From contig DYIV01000005.1 of the NCBI GenBank assembly GCA_020723435.1, positions 1 to 46,861 on the forward strand: a stretch of 46,861 nucleotides of DNA. The letters run 5' to 3'. The notes below the pieces were generated by a model. That model saw nothing but the letters and a program-made list of their open reading frames with translations, was not told the DNA's origin and did not search any database. The stretch comes from Slackia heliotrinireducens. GTDB taxonomy: Bacteria; Actinomycetota; Aquicultoria; DYIV01. Made by a program: the position numbers and the translations under genes. The first letter of the stretch is position 1; each line of letters opens with the position of its first letter. This document shows positions 32,703 to 42,182 of this stretch, piece by piece.

Positions 32703-35225
32703 ATGATCTCTGAGCAGCGTACGCGCGACGGGGGAGTTGTGCAGGGCACACAGCACAAGGAGTCGCCGAGGCGTCCCGCGTGGGATCGCTACTTCGACCA
32801 GGTTGTTGGCGGCGTCGCCGACGGTATCATCATCGTCGACGAAAGCTGTCACATCCTGCACGCCAATGAGGCAGCCGAGCGACTGTTCGGCATGTCAAAG
32901 GCCCAGCTGATCGGAAGATGCTGTGACGACCCCGGCTGGAAGCTCTCCTCTCCCGATGGAACACCCCTCGCGGGCGAGCAGCTTTGTTGCTACCGAGCGC
33001 TGAAGATCGGCGAGACCTCGCGACACCTCGAGCAGACCATCACTCGACCGGACGGCAGCACGGTCACCGTGTTGGTCAGCGCATCGCCGTTGCGCGACGA
33101 TGAGCGCCGCATCACCGGAGCGATCAACTCCTACACCGACATCACCGAGCTCAAGCAAGCGGAGCAGGCCCTGCGACAAAAGGACGAGCACAACCGGTCT
33201 CTGCTGCGATTGTACGCGCTGCTTGGGCAGGCGAATTCTTACACGGCGATCGTCGAAGCGCTGCTGTCGGAGATACCGTCAGCGCTCGGGTATGAGAGCG
33301 TCTGGCTCCAGCTGGTCAGAGAGGACAGCGACGACCTGCTCCTGCTGGATGCGGGCGGCCCCGCCGAAGAGGCCGTGAAGAAGCTGCTCCAGATGGATGA
33401 GCGGCTTCGGCTGAGGGTGGGTGACGATGAGTTCCTCATCCTGCCGATGACCGACGATCCCTATCTCAAGACGGCCGTCGCGACTAAGGGCATCCACGTC
33501 GTGGAGGACGCACGCACCCATCCGCTGACCGACAAGAAGATTGTCGAGGCCATCGGCAACCGCACGATTGTCGCGGTCCCATTGGTGCTGGCGGATAGGA
33601 GGCTAGGCGTCTTCTCGGTGGGCACGTTCGGCGATGAAGGCGTCCGTCCGCCGAGCGAAACGCAGCTTGACTACCTCACCGCGCTCTCCAACCACGTGGC
33701 TGTGGCCGTTGACCGCGTCCGCTTCCTCGGTGAACGCCGCGCGGCCGAAGAGGCGTTGCGCGAGAGCGAAGCGTACAGCCACTCGCTGCTGCGACTGTAC
33801 GAGACGCTCGGACAGGCCAACTCCTATAGCGCGATCCTCCAAGCGCTCTTGGGCGAGCTGCCGAGAACGCTCGGCTATGGGAGCGCCGGTCTGCTGGTGC
33901 TGGACGAGGGCGGCACCAGGGCGCGGCTACTGGAGGCCAAGGGCTCGATTGAGAAGGCGGCCGATAGCATCTTGAAGCTGGGCGAGGAGTTCCGAGCACG
34001 GACGGAGGACGAACAGTTCTTGGTCCTTCCGATAGGCGATGATCCGTTTCTGAAAGAGATCGTCGAAGCGGCGCACATCGTTGTGGTCGAGGACGCACGG
34101 ACCGACCCTCGCACGAACAAGGAAATCGTGGCCGCCACCGAAAACCGCACGATCATCAACGTCCCCCTGATGCTGGCGGGCAAGAAGTTGGGCATCCTCA
34201 ACACAGGGACCTACGGCGACGATGAAGGGGTCAAGCCGCCGACCGAGCGTCAGCTCGAGTACCTGGCCGCCATGGCGAATCACGTCGCCGTCGCCATGGA
34301 CCGCGTCCGCTTCCTCGCCGAGCGGCGCAAGGCGGAAGCCGCCTTGCGCGAGAGCGAGAGCAGGCTCCGAGACATCATCGGCAATACGAACGCCATCATC
34401 TACTTGAAGGATCTGGACGGCCGCTTCCTTCTGGCAAACGACCAGTTCGCAAGGTTGTTCGGGACGAACGAACACGAGATTGTCGGCAAGACCGGCTACG
34501 ACGTCTTCCCCTCGACGGACATGGCGCTCGAGCTCGACGAACGCGAGCGGCACGTTCGGGAGACCGGGAAATGGTTTGGGAGGGACGAGACTATGCGAAC
34601 GCCGCTGGGCGAGCGCACCTACTCGTCCGTCATGTTCCCGCTCCGGGACTCATCGGGGGCGGTATACGCGGTCTGTGGAGTCTCGACCGACATCACCGAA
34701 GCCAGGCGCGCCCAGGAGGAGCTGCGCAAGAAGGATCGCGCGATCCGCCAGGCCTACGTCGACGTTATCGCGGCCGTTACCGGCAACAAGCTCATCTTGA
34801 TGACGTCCGAGGAGATCAAGGAGGCGCTGGGCGTGCTCGTGACGAAGCCCCGGCGCATCGGCTCTTACCGATCGCTGGCGCGGGCCAGGGCGGAGATCCG
34901 CACCGCCATCGCCTATCACTTCCCCGAGATCAGAGGGACGATGGACTTCATCGTCGGCGTCTGCGAAGGACTGACAAACGCCGTCAAGCACGGGGGAAGC
35001 GGGCGATACGAAGTGCGTCGCCGTAACTCCACGGCGCAGGTGGTCATCAGCGACAGGGGACCGGGAGTCGACTTCACCACGGTGCCCAAGGCCACGCTCG
35101 AGGCCGGATTCTCAACGCAGGGCACGTTGGGTGTAGGCTTCACAATCATGCTTGAGATGAGCGACCGCGTTCTGCTTTCAACCGAGCCCGGAGGGACGAC
35201 GCTTGTGTTGGAGTTGAGCAGCTAG
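32703..35225 (+). CDS. Cytoplasmic PAS-GAF-GAF-PAS sensor fused to an RsbW/SpoIIAB-type (HATPase_c_2) serine-kinase-like ATPase
   Basis: Two PAS domains (VADGIIIVDESCHILHANEAAERLFG...; NAIIYLKDLDGRFLLANDQFARLFG...). Two paralogous GAF domains, each introduced by LLRLY..LGQANSY.AI..ALL.E.P..LGY. The C-terminal GLTNAVKHGG..(N-box)...DRGPG..(G1)...GVGF (G2) has no preceding H-box/DHp. Confidence 0.85.
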   Translation: MISEQRTRDGGVVQGTQHKESPRRPAWDRYFDQVVGGVADGIIIVDESCHILHANEAAERLFGMSKAQLIGRCCDDPGWKLSSPDGTPLAGEQLCCYRALKIGETSRHLEQTITRPDGSTVTVLVSASPLRDDERRITGAINSYTDITELKQAEQALRQKDEHNRSLLRLYALLGQANSYTAIVEALLSEIPSALGYESVWLQLVREDSDDLLLLDAGGPAEEAVKKLLQMDERLRLRVGDDEFLILPMTDDPYLKTAVATKGIHVVEDARTHPLTDKKIVEAIGNRTIVAVPLVLADRRLGVFSVGTFGDEGVRPPSETQLDYLTALSNHVAVAVDRVRFLGERRAAEEALRESEAYSHSLLRLYETLGQANSYSAILQALLGELPRTLGYGSAGLLVLDEGGTRARLLEAKGSIEKAADSILKLGEEFRARTEDEQFLVLPIGDDPFLKEIVEAAHIVVVEDARTDPRTNKEIVAATENRTIINVPLMLAGKKLGILNTGTYGDDEGVKPPTERQLEYLAAMANHVAVAMDRVRFLAERRKAEAALRESESRLRDIIGNTNAIIYLKDLDGRFLLANDQFARLFGTNEHEIVGKTGYDVFPSTDMALELDERERHVRETGKWFGRDETMRTPLGERTYSSVMFPLRDSSGAVYAVCGVSTDITEARRAQEELRKKDRAIRQAYVDVIAAVTGNKLILMTSEEIKEALGVLVTKPRRIGSYRSLARARAEIRTAIAYHFPEIRGTMDFIVGVCEGLTNAVKHGGSGRYEVRRRNSTAQVVISDRGPGVDFTTVPKATLEAGFSTQGTLGVGFTIMLEMSDRVLLSTEPGGTTLVLELSS

Positions 35226-35486
35226 AAGCGTGCGGTTTCAGCGCACTCAGGCACAGACAGCAGAGCTCGGCGCTGTACACGTTGGTCGTCTTGCACCTTG
35301 GGCACGTCCTCATTTCCACACCTTCCTCACGTGAATAGCTGCCGACCTTAGGTGTATCGGCTTCGCGTCCTGGGAAATAAAGGAAAGACCGCGCCGCCTC
35401 AGGCTCGAGTCCTCCGGTGCAGGAGTTCGGCGTCCCCGGCGGAGAAGATAGTCGCCACCGGAATGGCGCACGATAGGAGGGCGGCC

Positions 35487-36227
35487 ATGAGACAACGGCG
35501 CTGGCAGATACTGCTCGGATCGGCTTTGGTTTTGCTGTCGGTCATGCTCTACGCGCTGCACTACGCCATCTTTCACGACGCCCATCACATCTTCATCTAT
35601 ATGCTCGGCGACCTCGCCTTCCTGCCGCTCGAGGTTCTGTTGGTGACCATGGTCATCCACGAGCTGCTCAATCAGCGTGAGAAGCGGGCGATGCTGGACA
35701 AGCTGAATATGATCATTGGCGCGTTCTACAGCGAGGTCGGCACGTCGCTGCTGGCGAGGGTCTCCAACGCCGACCCGGGACTCGATGCGATCAGGAAGGA
35801 TCTGCTGATCGCCACCGATTGGCCCGACACGGAGTTCTTGCGTGTTCGCGGCGAGCTCGGAGCCTATGACTACCGGATAGACTCCTCCAAGGTCGACCTC
35901 GTCTTTCTGCGCGACATGCTCGTGTCGAAGCGCGACTTCATGCTCCGCCTGCTGGAGAACCCGAACCTTCTGGAGCATGAATCATTCACCGAGCTGCTGT
36001 GGGCCGTCTTCCATCTGACCGAGGAGCTGGAGGCCCGCGACGACCTGACCGGGGTCGACGGGGTCGACAGAGAGCACCTGAGGGGCGACATCGAGCGGGC
36101 CTACGGGCTTCTGTCCCGCGAGTGGTTCTCATACATGAGGCATCTCAAGAACAGCTACCCTTACCTCTTCTCGCTCGCGCTGAGAACGAATCCATTCGAT
36201 CGCGAAGCCTCCGCGGTGGTTGTGTAG
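35487..36227 (+). CDS. Hypothetical 2-TM membrane protein with ~180-aa cytoplasmic helical domain
   Basis: ATG 35487 lies 8 nt after AGGAGG. The earlier part of track ORF 35352.. lacks a RBS. TM helices ILLGSALVLLSVMLYALHYAIF and LGDLAFLPLEVLLVTMVIH. I recognise no family. Confidence 0.55.
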   Translation: MRQRRWQILLGSALVLLSVMLYALHYAIFHDAHHIFIYMLGDLAFLPLEVLLVTMVIHELLNQREKRAMLDKLNMIIGAFYSEVGTSLLARVSNADPGLDAIRKDLLIATDWPDTEFLRVRGELGAYDYRIDSSKVDLVFLRDMLVSKRDFMLRLLENPNLLEHESFTELLWAVFHLTEELEARDDLTGVDGVDREHLRGDIERAYGLLSREWFSYMRHLKNSYPYLFSLALRTNPFDREASAVVV

Positions 36228-36266
36228 GGGTACAACTAGACCCAGCATCCGGCGGAAGGGACAGCT

Positions 36267-36665
36267 ATGCAGGAGTCGTTGAAGCTCGTGATTGACCGGC
36301 TCTCGCTCCTTTTTGAAGTGGCCGGCAGCGGGATCATCCTGGGTGGCTTCATCGTCGCGATCTGGTCGGCAGCGAAGATGGCCATGGCCCGGGGGGACGG
36401 GCGAGGCATCTATGACAAGGTCCGCAGCGTCTTCGGCAGAAGCGTGCTGCTCGGGTTGGAGGTGTTTGTCGCGGCCGACATCATTCGAACCGTGGCGGTG
36501 GAGCTGACGCTTCAGAACCTCTACGTGCTGGCCTTGCTCGTTCTGATCCGAACGTTCCTGTCATGGTCGCTCGACGTCGAGCTCGACGGCGTGCTTCCCT
36601 GGCAGAAGCGCCGGCTGGAAGATGAAGAACGACTGCGCGGCGTGGCCACGCGGTCGCGCGACTAG
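36267..36665 (+). CDS. DUF1622 family membrane protein
   Basis: FGRSVLLGLEVFVAADIIRTV......L..L..LVLIRTFLSWSLDVELDG..PW is the DUF1622 core. Confidence 0.8.
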   Translation: MQESLKLVIDRLSLLFEVAGSGIILGGFIVAIWSAAKMAMARGDGRGIYDKVRSVFGRSVLLGLEVFVAADIIRTVAVELTLQNLYVLALLVLIRTFLSWSLDVELDGVLPWQKRRLEDEERLRGVATRSRD

Positions 36666-36672
36666 TCCCGGC

Positions 36673-36696
36673 CGGCGGCAGACCCCTGTCTGCCGC
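36673..36696. terminator. Hairpin terminator between convergent genes
   Basis: Perfect 10-bp GC-rich stem GGCGGCAGAC / GTCTGCCGCC with loop CCCT, between the stops at 36665 (+) and 36723 (-). Confidence 0.6.
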
Positions 36697-36722
36697 CGAT
36701 TCATGCCCGAGACACGGTAGAC

Positions 36723-37229
36723 CTAGGCTGCCCGCGCCGCCTTGTTGGCCTCCTCCTTGAGAACCTTGGCGTCAGCCTTGATCTCCTTCTTCATGGTCTT
36801 GGCCGCCCTGGACGTCAGCCGCTCCATGCCCCGCTCAATCGTGGGCTCGCCCACGAAGATGATGCCGGCCTCACCCTCATCGAGCATCTCGCCCAGCTCT
36901 CTGATGTCCCGGCGCGGCAGACCCACCGCAACGTGCGCCACGAGCGCGCCCAGACCCGCGCCGACGCCGGCCAGCAGCAGCATCGGGGGCCACAGCAGAC
37001 CAAAGAGCGCGCCGACGATGGCTCCCGCGGTCGCGTTGCGAGCGCGGATCGTCTCGTCTGTGTCGAGAATCTTGACCCTGCCCCCCTCCTCTTTCTCAAA
37101 CAGAGCCGCTTCGTAATGGCCGATGAACTTCTCCTTATGTAGAGTCTTGATGTCGTGGAAGTCCTCCTGCGCCGTCTCGAGATTCGCGTACTGAGCTCCC
37201 AAGACGACAAAACCCTCTCCTTCTGCCAT
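36723..37229 (-). CDS. DUF1269-like membrane protein
   Basis: ATG 37229 follows AGGAGG. The layout is a soluble beta-alpha N-domain (FVVLGAQYANLETAQEDF..IK.L), a Gly-rich TM pair (GAIVGALFGLLWPPMLLLAGVGAGLGALVAHV) and a second soluble domain. This matches the DUF1269 layout. Confidence 0.65.
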   Translation of the reverse strand: MAEGEGFVVLGAQYANLETAQEDFHDIKTLHKEKFIGHYEAALFEKEEGGRVKILDTDETIRARNATAGAIVGALFGLLWPPMLLLAGVGAGLGALVAHVAVGLPRRDIRELGEMLDEGEAGIIFVGEPTIERGMERLTSRAAKTMKKEIKADAKVLKEEANKAARAA

Positions 37230-37418
37230 GCTTCTTCTCCTCCTTCGCGTAGAACCACTCGTCCATCCGTGCCTCACGTGTGCCCCACAGCGTTCATGCC
37301 TAATCGGAGGGAGCAGAGATGGCGCCCCTTGAATCGACAAGCAACCTGCGCGGGTGCTAGCATCGAAGCATTCCTGTTGCGTGTCCGGTCGGAATCCGTC
37401 TCAGCGGGGAGGGATATC

Positions 37419-40400
37419 GTGGCGCGAGCGTTTGGGAAGTCCCCGGGGCGCTGGCTAGTCGTCATGGTCGCGTCTCTGTCGGCGATGGCCATGGTTGCCG
37501 GGTATGCGTGGGCCTACAAGCAGCCCGAACCCGGCCGCGGCACACGCGTTGCGCCGCGACTCGCCGCCGCGCCGAAGGCCCAGAAGCCGGCCGGCCGCCT
37601 CAACACCACGCTCGACCGGCTCGTCCGCCGCCGCGCCGCGGGCGGAACGGAATCCGCGCGTCTCTTCGCCCGAGAGCACGCGCTGGATGTCTCCGGCGAC
37701 ACCGTCGTCGTAGTCGTCGAGGCGGCCAAGGGAAAGAGCCCCGCAGCTCGCACGGCGATCAAGCACTCGGGCGCCGCCATCCTGCGCAGCTACGGCAATC
37801 TGATCAAGGCGCGCGCGCCAATCTCGAAGCTGGCGGCGCTTTCGGTCTCCGACGGCGTCAGCGCCGTCCGTCCTCCCATAAGGCCGGCGCCTGATATCAC
37901 CAGCGAAGGCGTGACCGAGACAGGGGCCGATCGGTGGCATGCCGTGGGAAACAACGGCGCCGGCGTCAAGGTGGGTATCATCGACGCCGGCTTCATCGGC
38001 TACCCGGCCATGCTCGGGACGGAGCTGCCCCCCAGCGTCACGACTTGGGGCGGAAGCGCCGGTGGAGATGAGAACGGGGGCTCCGAGCACGGCGCCGCCG
38101 TGGCCGAGGTCATACACGACGTTGCCCCCGGCGCGAGTCTCTATCTGGCTCGTATCGAAGACGACGTCGAACTCGGGTTGGCGAAGGATTGGATGAAAGC
38201 GCAGGGCGTCCAGGTCATCAATCACTCGATGGGCTGGTTCGGTACCGAAGGCGGCAACGGCTCGGGTCCCATCAACACAATCGTCAACGACGCGGTGGCA
38301 AACGGCATCTTCTGGGCCAACTCCGCCGGCAACGACCGGAGGCGCCACTGGATGGGCGACTTCACCGATACCGACATGAACAACTACATCAACTGGGACG
38401 GAACGGGCTGGGAGCTCAATACGTTCGGGGCCTACGAGGGCTGGCCGATAGTCGGGCACCTGTGGTGGAACGACTCTTGGACGAATGCTTCACAAGACTA
38501 CGATCTGTACCTGTATTGGTGGAACAGCGGCACCGAGGAGTGGGAAGAAGTCGATGGCTCTGCGAACGTTCAGGACGGATCGGCCGGCCGCACGCCTCAC
38601 GAGGCGATAGGCGTCTACGCCCCGGCGACGGGCATCTACGGCTGGGTAATCCACAGGTGGTCGGCCACCCAGACCAACGTCGACTTCGACCTCCACTCTT
38701 GGTATCAGGACCTCGACGAGCCGCTCAATCCAAACGGCCACTTCTTCGACCACGCGCGCAGCATCTCGGTGCCCGCCGACAACAACTCCAACGGATTCAT
38801 GGCCGCGGCGGCCATCGGCCGCGCAACCGGATACGCGCAAGAGGACTACAGCTCGGAGGGGCCGACCCGAGACGGCAGGACCGCTCCGGAGATCGCCGCT
38901 CCTTCGGACGTGCTCAATTCGGTGTACGGCACATTCCCCGGGACATCCTCATCGAGCCCTCATCTCGCCGGCGCGGTCGCCGTCATCAAGAGCGCGGCGA
39001 CCACCTGGACGGCGCAGGACATGGAGGCCCACTTCGAGGCCAACGCCGGCGATCTGGGCACGCCCGGCGCCGACAACCAGTTCGGCAGCGGCCGGTTGTA
39101 CATGTCTCCCACACCATTCACCCCGTCCGGCTCCATGGTCATCAACGGAGATGCGCCGTACGCAACCAGCGCCAACGTGACGGTGAATTCAGCGATAAGC
39201 GGGGCCAACTGGTTGCGTCTTCGCAACCTAGGCGGCGTCTGGAGCGGGTGGATGGGCTTCGCGTCGAGCAGCCCTTGGATGCTCAGCGCACAGGACGGCA
39301 CAAAGACCGTCGAAGCGGAGTATCGCAGCATCTTCGGTTTCTCGGCGACCTACCAGGACACGATCGTGCTCGATGCCACGCCGCCTTCGGGCACGATGTC
39401 TCTGAATGGCGGCGCCACGCATACGAACACGGCGGCCGTTGCCGTCAACTCCGCGGTGACCGGTGCGAGCGAGATGCGCTTCAGAGACTCCGGCGGCGCG
39501 TGGGACGGATGGGAGAGCTACAGCGCCGCCAAGTCGTGGGTGCTGCCGGGCGGCGACGGCACTAAGACGGTCGAGGCCGAATACCGGGACGCGGCGGGCA
39601 ATACGTCGCCGCTCTCCGACGACATCGTCCTCGATACCGCGGCCCCGATCGGAACGATGACGATCAACGACGATGAAGGCCACACGACAAGTCACGACGT
39701 GACGATCACGTCCTCGGTCGCGGGCGCCGATGAGATGCGGCTGAGGAACCCGGGGGGCGCCTGGAGCAGTTGGGGCTCCTACGCCGACGCGAAACCCTGG
39801 ACGCTGCCCGCTCCCGACGACACCAAGACGGTGGAGGCCCAGTATCGCGATCTCGCGGACAATACGCTGCCGCTCTCCGACACCATCCTGCTCGATTCGA
39901 CTTCGCCTTCCCCGCCGGGCGGTTTCAGCGCCACGCCCGGTGACGGCAGAGTCGACCTGGCCTGGACGCGGCCGCCCGAGCCCGACTTCGACGTTCTGAG
40001 GGTTCTGCGCTCCGACACGAGCTGGGCGACAAGCCCCACCGACACCGTCGGTCAGACGCTCGTCGTCGACGACACGTCCACGGTCGAGTCCTTCTTCGAC
40101 ATATCCGTCTCCAACGGAACGACCTACTTCTACAGCGCGTACTCACGCGATCAGCGGGGCAACTGGAGTGGTGGCGCGCATGCGTCCGCGCTGCCGCGTG
40201 CGCCCACGACAACCACCGCGACGACGTCGCGGGCGCTCGTGCTCTACGGCGACCCGGTCATCGTCTCGGCGACGCTCACCGACCCCGGCGGGCCGCTGGT
40301 CCTGATGCCGGGCATGGAGGTATGGGGTAGACCGCTGACGGGAGGAGCCTGGACCAAGCGGGCCGACGCGCCCTACGATCTTGTCACGTCGAGCTACCGG

Positions 40401-40805
40401 GCAGCGGTGCCCTGCACCCGCAACACGTACCTGAAGGCCAGATTCACCGGAAGCGCGCTGCATACGCCGAGCGAGTCCGCCGAGATGCTCGTTCGGTCTC
40501 GCGCCTGGCTCGGCCGTCCGTGGACGTACCCGCGCACGATCACCCACCAGCGCGCATTCTATATCTTCGGCTACGTCAAGCCACGCCACTCCGGCTATTC
40601 GAGGTTGTACTTCTACAGGAAAGTGGGCGGACAATGGCGCTTCTTGACGCAGCGACCGGCGAAGAACTACAACTACAAGACCTACAGTCGCTATCGGCTC
40701 AGGTATTGGGTACTCCGGCGGGGCTACTACTACGTGCGGGCCCTTCACTTCGATACGGACCACTACGGGACCTACGGCCCTGCGAGGGTCTTCTTCGTAA
40801 GATAG
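37419..40805 (+). CDS. Secreted subtilisin-like serine protease (S8) with three 87-aa repeats, FN3-like domain and two basic C-terminal modules
   Basis: GTG 37419 follows GGGGAGGGA (the 37155 start would overlap the divergent gene). Signal anchor WLVVMVASLSAMAMVAGYAWA. Catalytic triad GVKVGIIDAGF (D), SEHGAAVAEVI (H), GTSSSSPHLAGAVAV (S), and the oxyanion residue in NSAGND. A large insert lies between N and S. Confidence 0.85.
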   Translation: MARAFGKSPGRWLVVMVASLSAMAMVAGYAWAYKQPEPGRGTRVAPRLAAAPKAQKPAGRLNTTLDRLVRRRAAGGTESARLFAREHALDVSGDTVVVVVEAAKGKSPAARTAIKHSGAAILRSYGNLIKARAPISKLAALSVSDGVSAVRPPIRPAPDITSEGVTETGADRWHAVGNNGAGVKVGIIDAGFIGYPAMLGTELPPSVTTWGGSAGGDENGGSEHGAAVAEVIHDVAPGASLYLARIEDDVELGLAKDWMKAQGVQVINHSMGWFGTEGGNGSGPINTIVNDAVANGIFWANSAGNDRRRHWMGDFTDTDMNNYINWDGTGWELNTFGAYEGWPIVGHLWWNDSWTNASQDYDLYLYWWNSGTEEWEEVDGSANVQDGSAGRTPHEAIGVYAPATGIYGWVIHRWSATQTNVDFDLHSWYQDLDEPLNPNGHFFDHARSISVPADNNSNGFMAAAAIGRATGYAQEDYSSEGPTRDGRTAPEIAAPSDVLNSVYGTFPGTSSSSPHLAGAVAVIKSAATTWTAQDMEAHFEANAGDLGTPGADNQFGSGRLYMSPTPFTPSGSMVINGDAPYATSANVTVNSAISGANWLRLRNLGGVWSGWMGFASSSPWMLSAQDGTKTVEAEYRSIFGFSATYQDTIVLDATPPSGTMSLNGGATHTNTAAVAVNSAVTGASEMRFRDSGGAWDGWESYSAAKSWVLPGGDGTKTVEAEYRDAAGNTSPLSDDIVLDTAAPIGTMTINDDEGHTTSHDVTITSSVAGADEMRLRNPGGAWSSWGSYADAKPWTLPAPDDTKTVEAQYRDLADNTLPLSDTILLDSTSPSPPGGFSATPGDGRVDLAWTRPPEPDFDVLRVLRSDTSWATSPTDTVGQTLVVDDTSTVESFFDISVSNGTTYFYSAYSRDQRGNWSGGAHASALPRAPTTTTATTSRALVLYGDPVIVSATLTDPGGPLVLMPGMEVWGRPLTGGAWTKRADAPYDLVTSSYRAAVPCTRNTYLKARFTGSALHTPSESAEMLVRSRAWLGRPWTYPRTITHQRAFYIFGYVKPRHSGYSRLYFYRKVGGQWRFLTQRPAKNYNYKTYSRYRLRYWVLRRGYYYVRALHFDTDHYGTYGPARVFFVR
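39123..39905 (+). repeat. Three tandem 261-nt coding repeats (87-aa beta-sandwich-like domains) inside the S8 gene
   Basis: The Met codons of SGSMVINGD / SGTMSLNGG / IGTMTINDD lie at 39135, 39396 and 39657, exactly 261 nt apart. Each unit ends DGTKTVEAEYRD..GN.S.LSD.I.LD...P. Confidence 0.85.
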
Positions 40806-40823
40806 CCCGATCTAGGCGCATGC

Positions 40824-41993
40824 CTACTGCCGGCCGTCGCTCTTCCCTTCGCGCTTCAGCGCCTTCTGCTCGTACATGGCCGCATCCGCGACGCGCAGCA
40901 ACTCGTCTAGCGAGACTGGATCGTCGGGATCGAAGGCTGCGACCCCCACGCTCGTGGCTAGATCGTAGGCACCGCCGCCCTTTTGCGAGCGCGATCGAAG
41001 CGCATCTTGAAGTCGGTGGGTGAACACTTCGGCGTTGTCCGGCAGAGCGTTGACTTCGAGGACGACGAACTCATCGCCACCAATCCTGCCGAGCAGATCG
41101 GCCTCGCGAAACGTATCCCTCAAGACCTGCGCCAGCTCAACGAGGGCCTCGTCGCCGGCGCCATGCCCACGCGTGTCGTTGATCTGCTTCATGTTGTCCA
41201 GGTCGAGATAGAAGAGTAGCAGCGGGGTCTTCGTGCGCCGGGCAACCTTCAGCTCGTGTTTCGCGAGCGTGACGAAGCCGCGCCGGTTGCACAGCCCCGT
41301 CAGCTCGTCGCGCAGCGACAGACTGCGTAGGGCCTCCGCCTGTTCGGCCAACCTCTTCTGAGCGAGAACCAGATCGCGGTTCGCCTCCTCCAGCTCGGCG
41401 TTCTTCTGCACCGCGGTCTCATACGTCGACAGCAAGAGGTTGATGATCTGTAGTCGCCGGGCCGTGATGTAGTATTCGTGCCCGGCGAAATCGATCATCA
41501 CGCCGCCCATCACGCCCTCCTCCTCGCGACTTGCCGCTTCGAGGCTGAGGCGAATCCTCGAGACGAGGTAGTCCCGCTTGAACGGCTTCGGGATCAGGTT
41601 GTCCGCCCCGCACTCAAGCCCTCTGAGAATGTCCTCGGTCTCGGTCAGAGACGTCACGAGGACGACTGGGATTTGCTGCATCTTCGGGTCACGCTTGACT
41701 CGGCGACACAGCTCGTAGCCGTCCATTTCCGGCATGACGATGTCGCTGATGATGATGTCCGGATGTCTCTGCAGGATGAGCTCGAGCGCCTCGACGCCGT
41801 TGCCGCCGAGGCGAACGGTGCATCCCTCGTCCTCGAGAATGCTGGTGAGCTGCGCGGCGTGCAGACGCATGTCCTCGACGACGAGCACGTCCGCGTTGAG
41901 ACCGCGATCGCCGGTTCTCGGAGCGACCGAGCCCCCGTGCTCGACCGTACTACGCTCGGCCTGTCCCCTCTGTTCCTCGTGCGACCGTCCCAT
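40824..41993 (-). CDS. Response regulator receiver - GGDEF diguanylate cyclase
   Basis: REC domain: VLVVEDMRLHAAQL..., DIIISDIVMPEMDGYELC, and the conserved Lys in PKPF. Coiled-coil linker. GGDEF domain with an intact A-site (RIGGDEFVV) and an RxxD I-site (READ) 5 residues upstream. ATG 41993 is preferred (GGGGGA RBS). Confidence 0.85.
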   Translation of the reverse strand: MGRSHEEQRGQAERSTVEHGGSVAPRTGDRGLNADVLVVEDMRLHAAQLTSILEDEGCTVRLGGNGVEALELILQRHPDIIISDIVMPEMDGYELCRRVKRDPKMQQIPVVLVTSLTETEDILRGLECGADNLIPKPFKRDYLVSRIRLSLEAASREEEGVMGGVMIDFAGHEYYITARRLQIINLLLSTYETAVQKNAELEEANRDLVLAQKRLAEQAEALRSLSLRDELTGLCNRRGFVTLAKHELKVARRTKTPLLLFYLDLDNMKQINDTRGHGAGDEALVELAQVLRDTFREADLLGRIGGDEFVVLEVNALPDNAEVFTHRLQDALRSRSQKGGGAYDLATSVGVAAFDPDDPVSLDELLRVADAAMYEQKALKREGKSDGRQ

Positions 41994-42182
41994 GATGATC
42001 GTCCCCCGAAGCTCCCTCACGGCTGGGCGCGCGAATGTAGAGTCGCAGCCCGCCCGCATGACCGGTAGTTGCATCGACCGGGCGGCCACAATACTGAAGT
42101 CCATTGGTCCACAAATCCGATTGCCGGTCGACGGTGAGGGAGGCAACGGGCGACTTTGGCGCCGGACGGTAGGTCTCGCGTT

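Noticed and set aside
35226-35486. Possible riboswitch or leader in the 260-nt spacer after the sensor gene
   Set aside because: I could not match it to any riboswitch core I know (c-di-GMP, TPP, SAM, guanidine). Only short weak hairpins are present. It is left unannotated.
37455-39565. ORFs 37455..38459 (-) and 38189..39565 (+) within the S8 protease locus
   Set aside because: They are off-frame or antisense to the frame carrying the D/H/N/S subtilase motifs. Their translations are Arg/Gly-rich nonsense.
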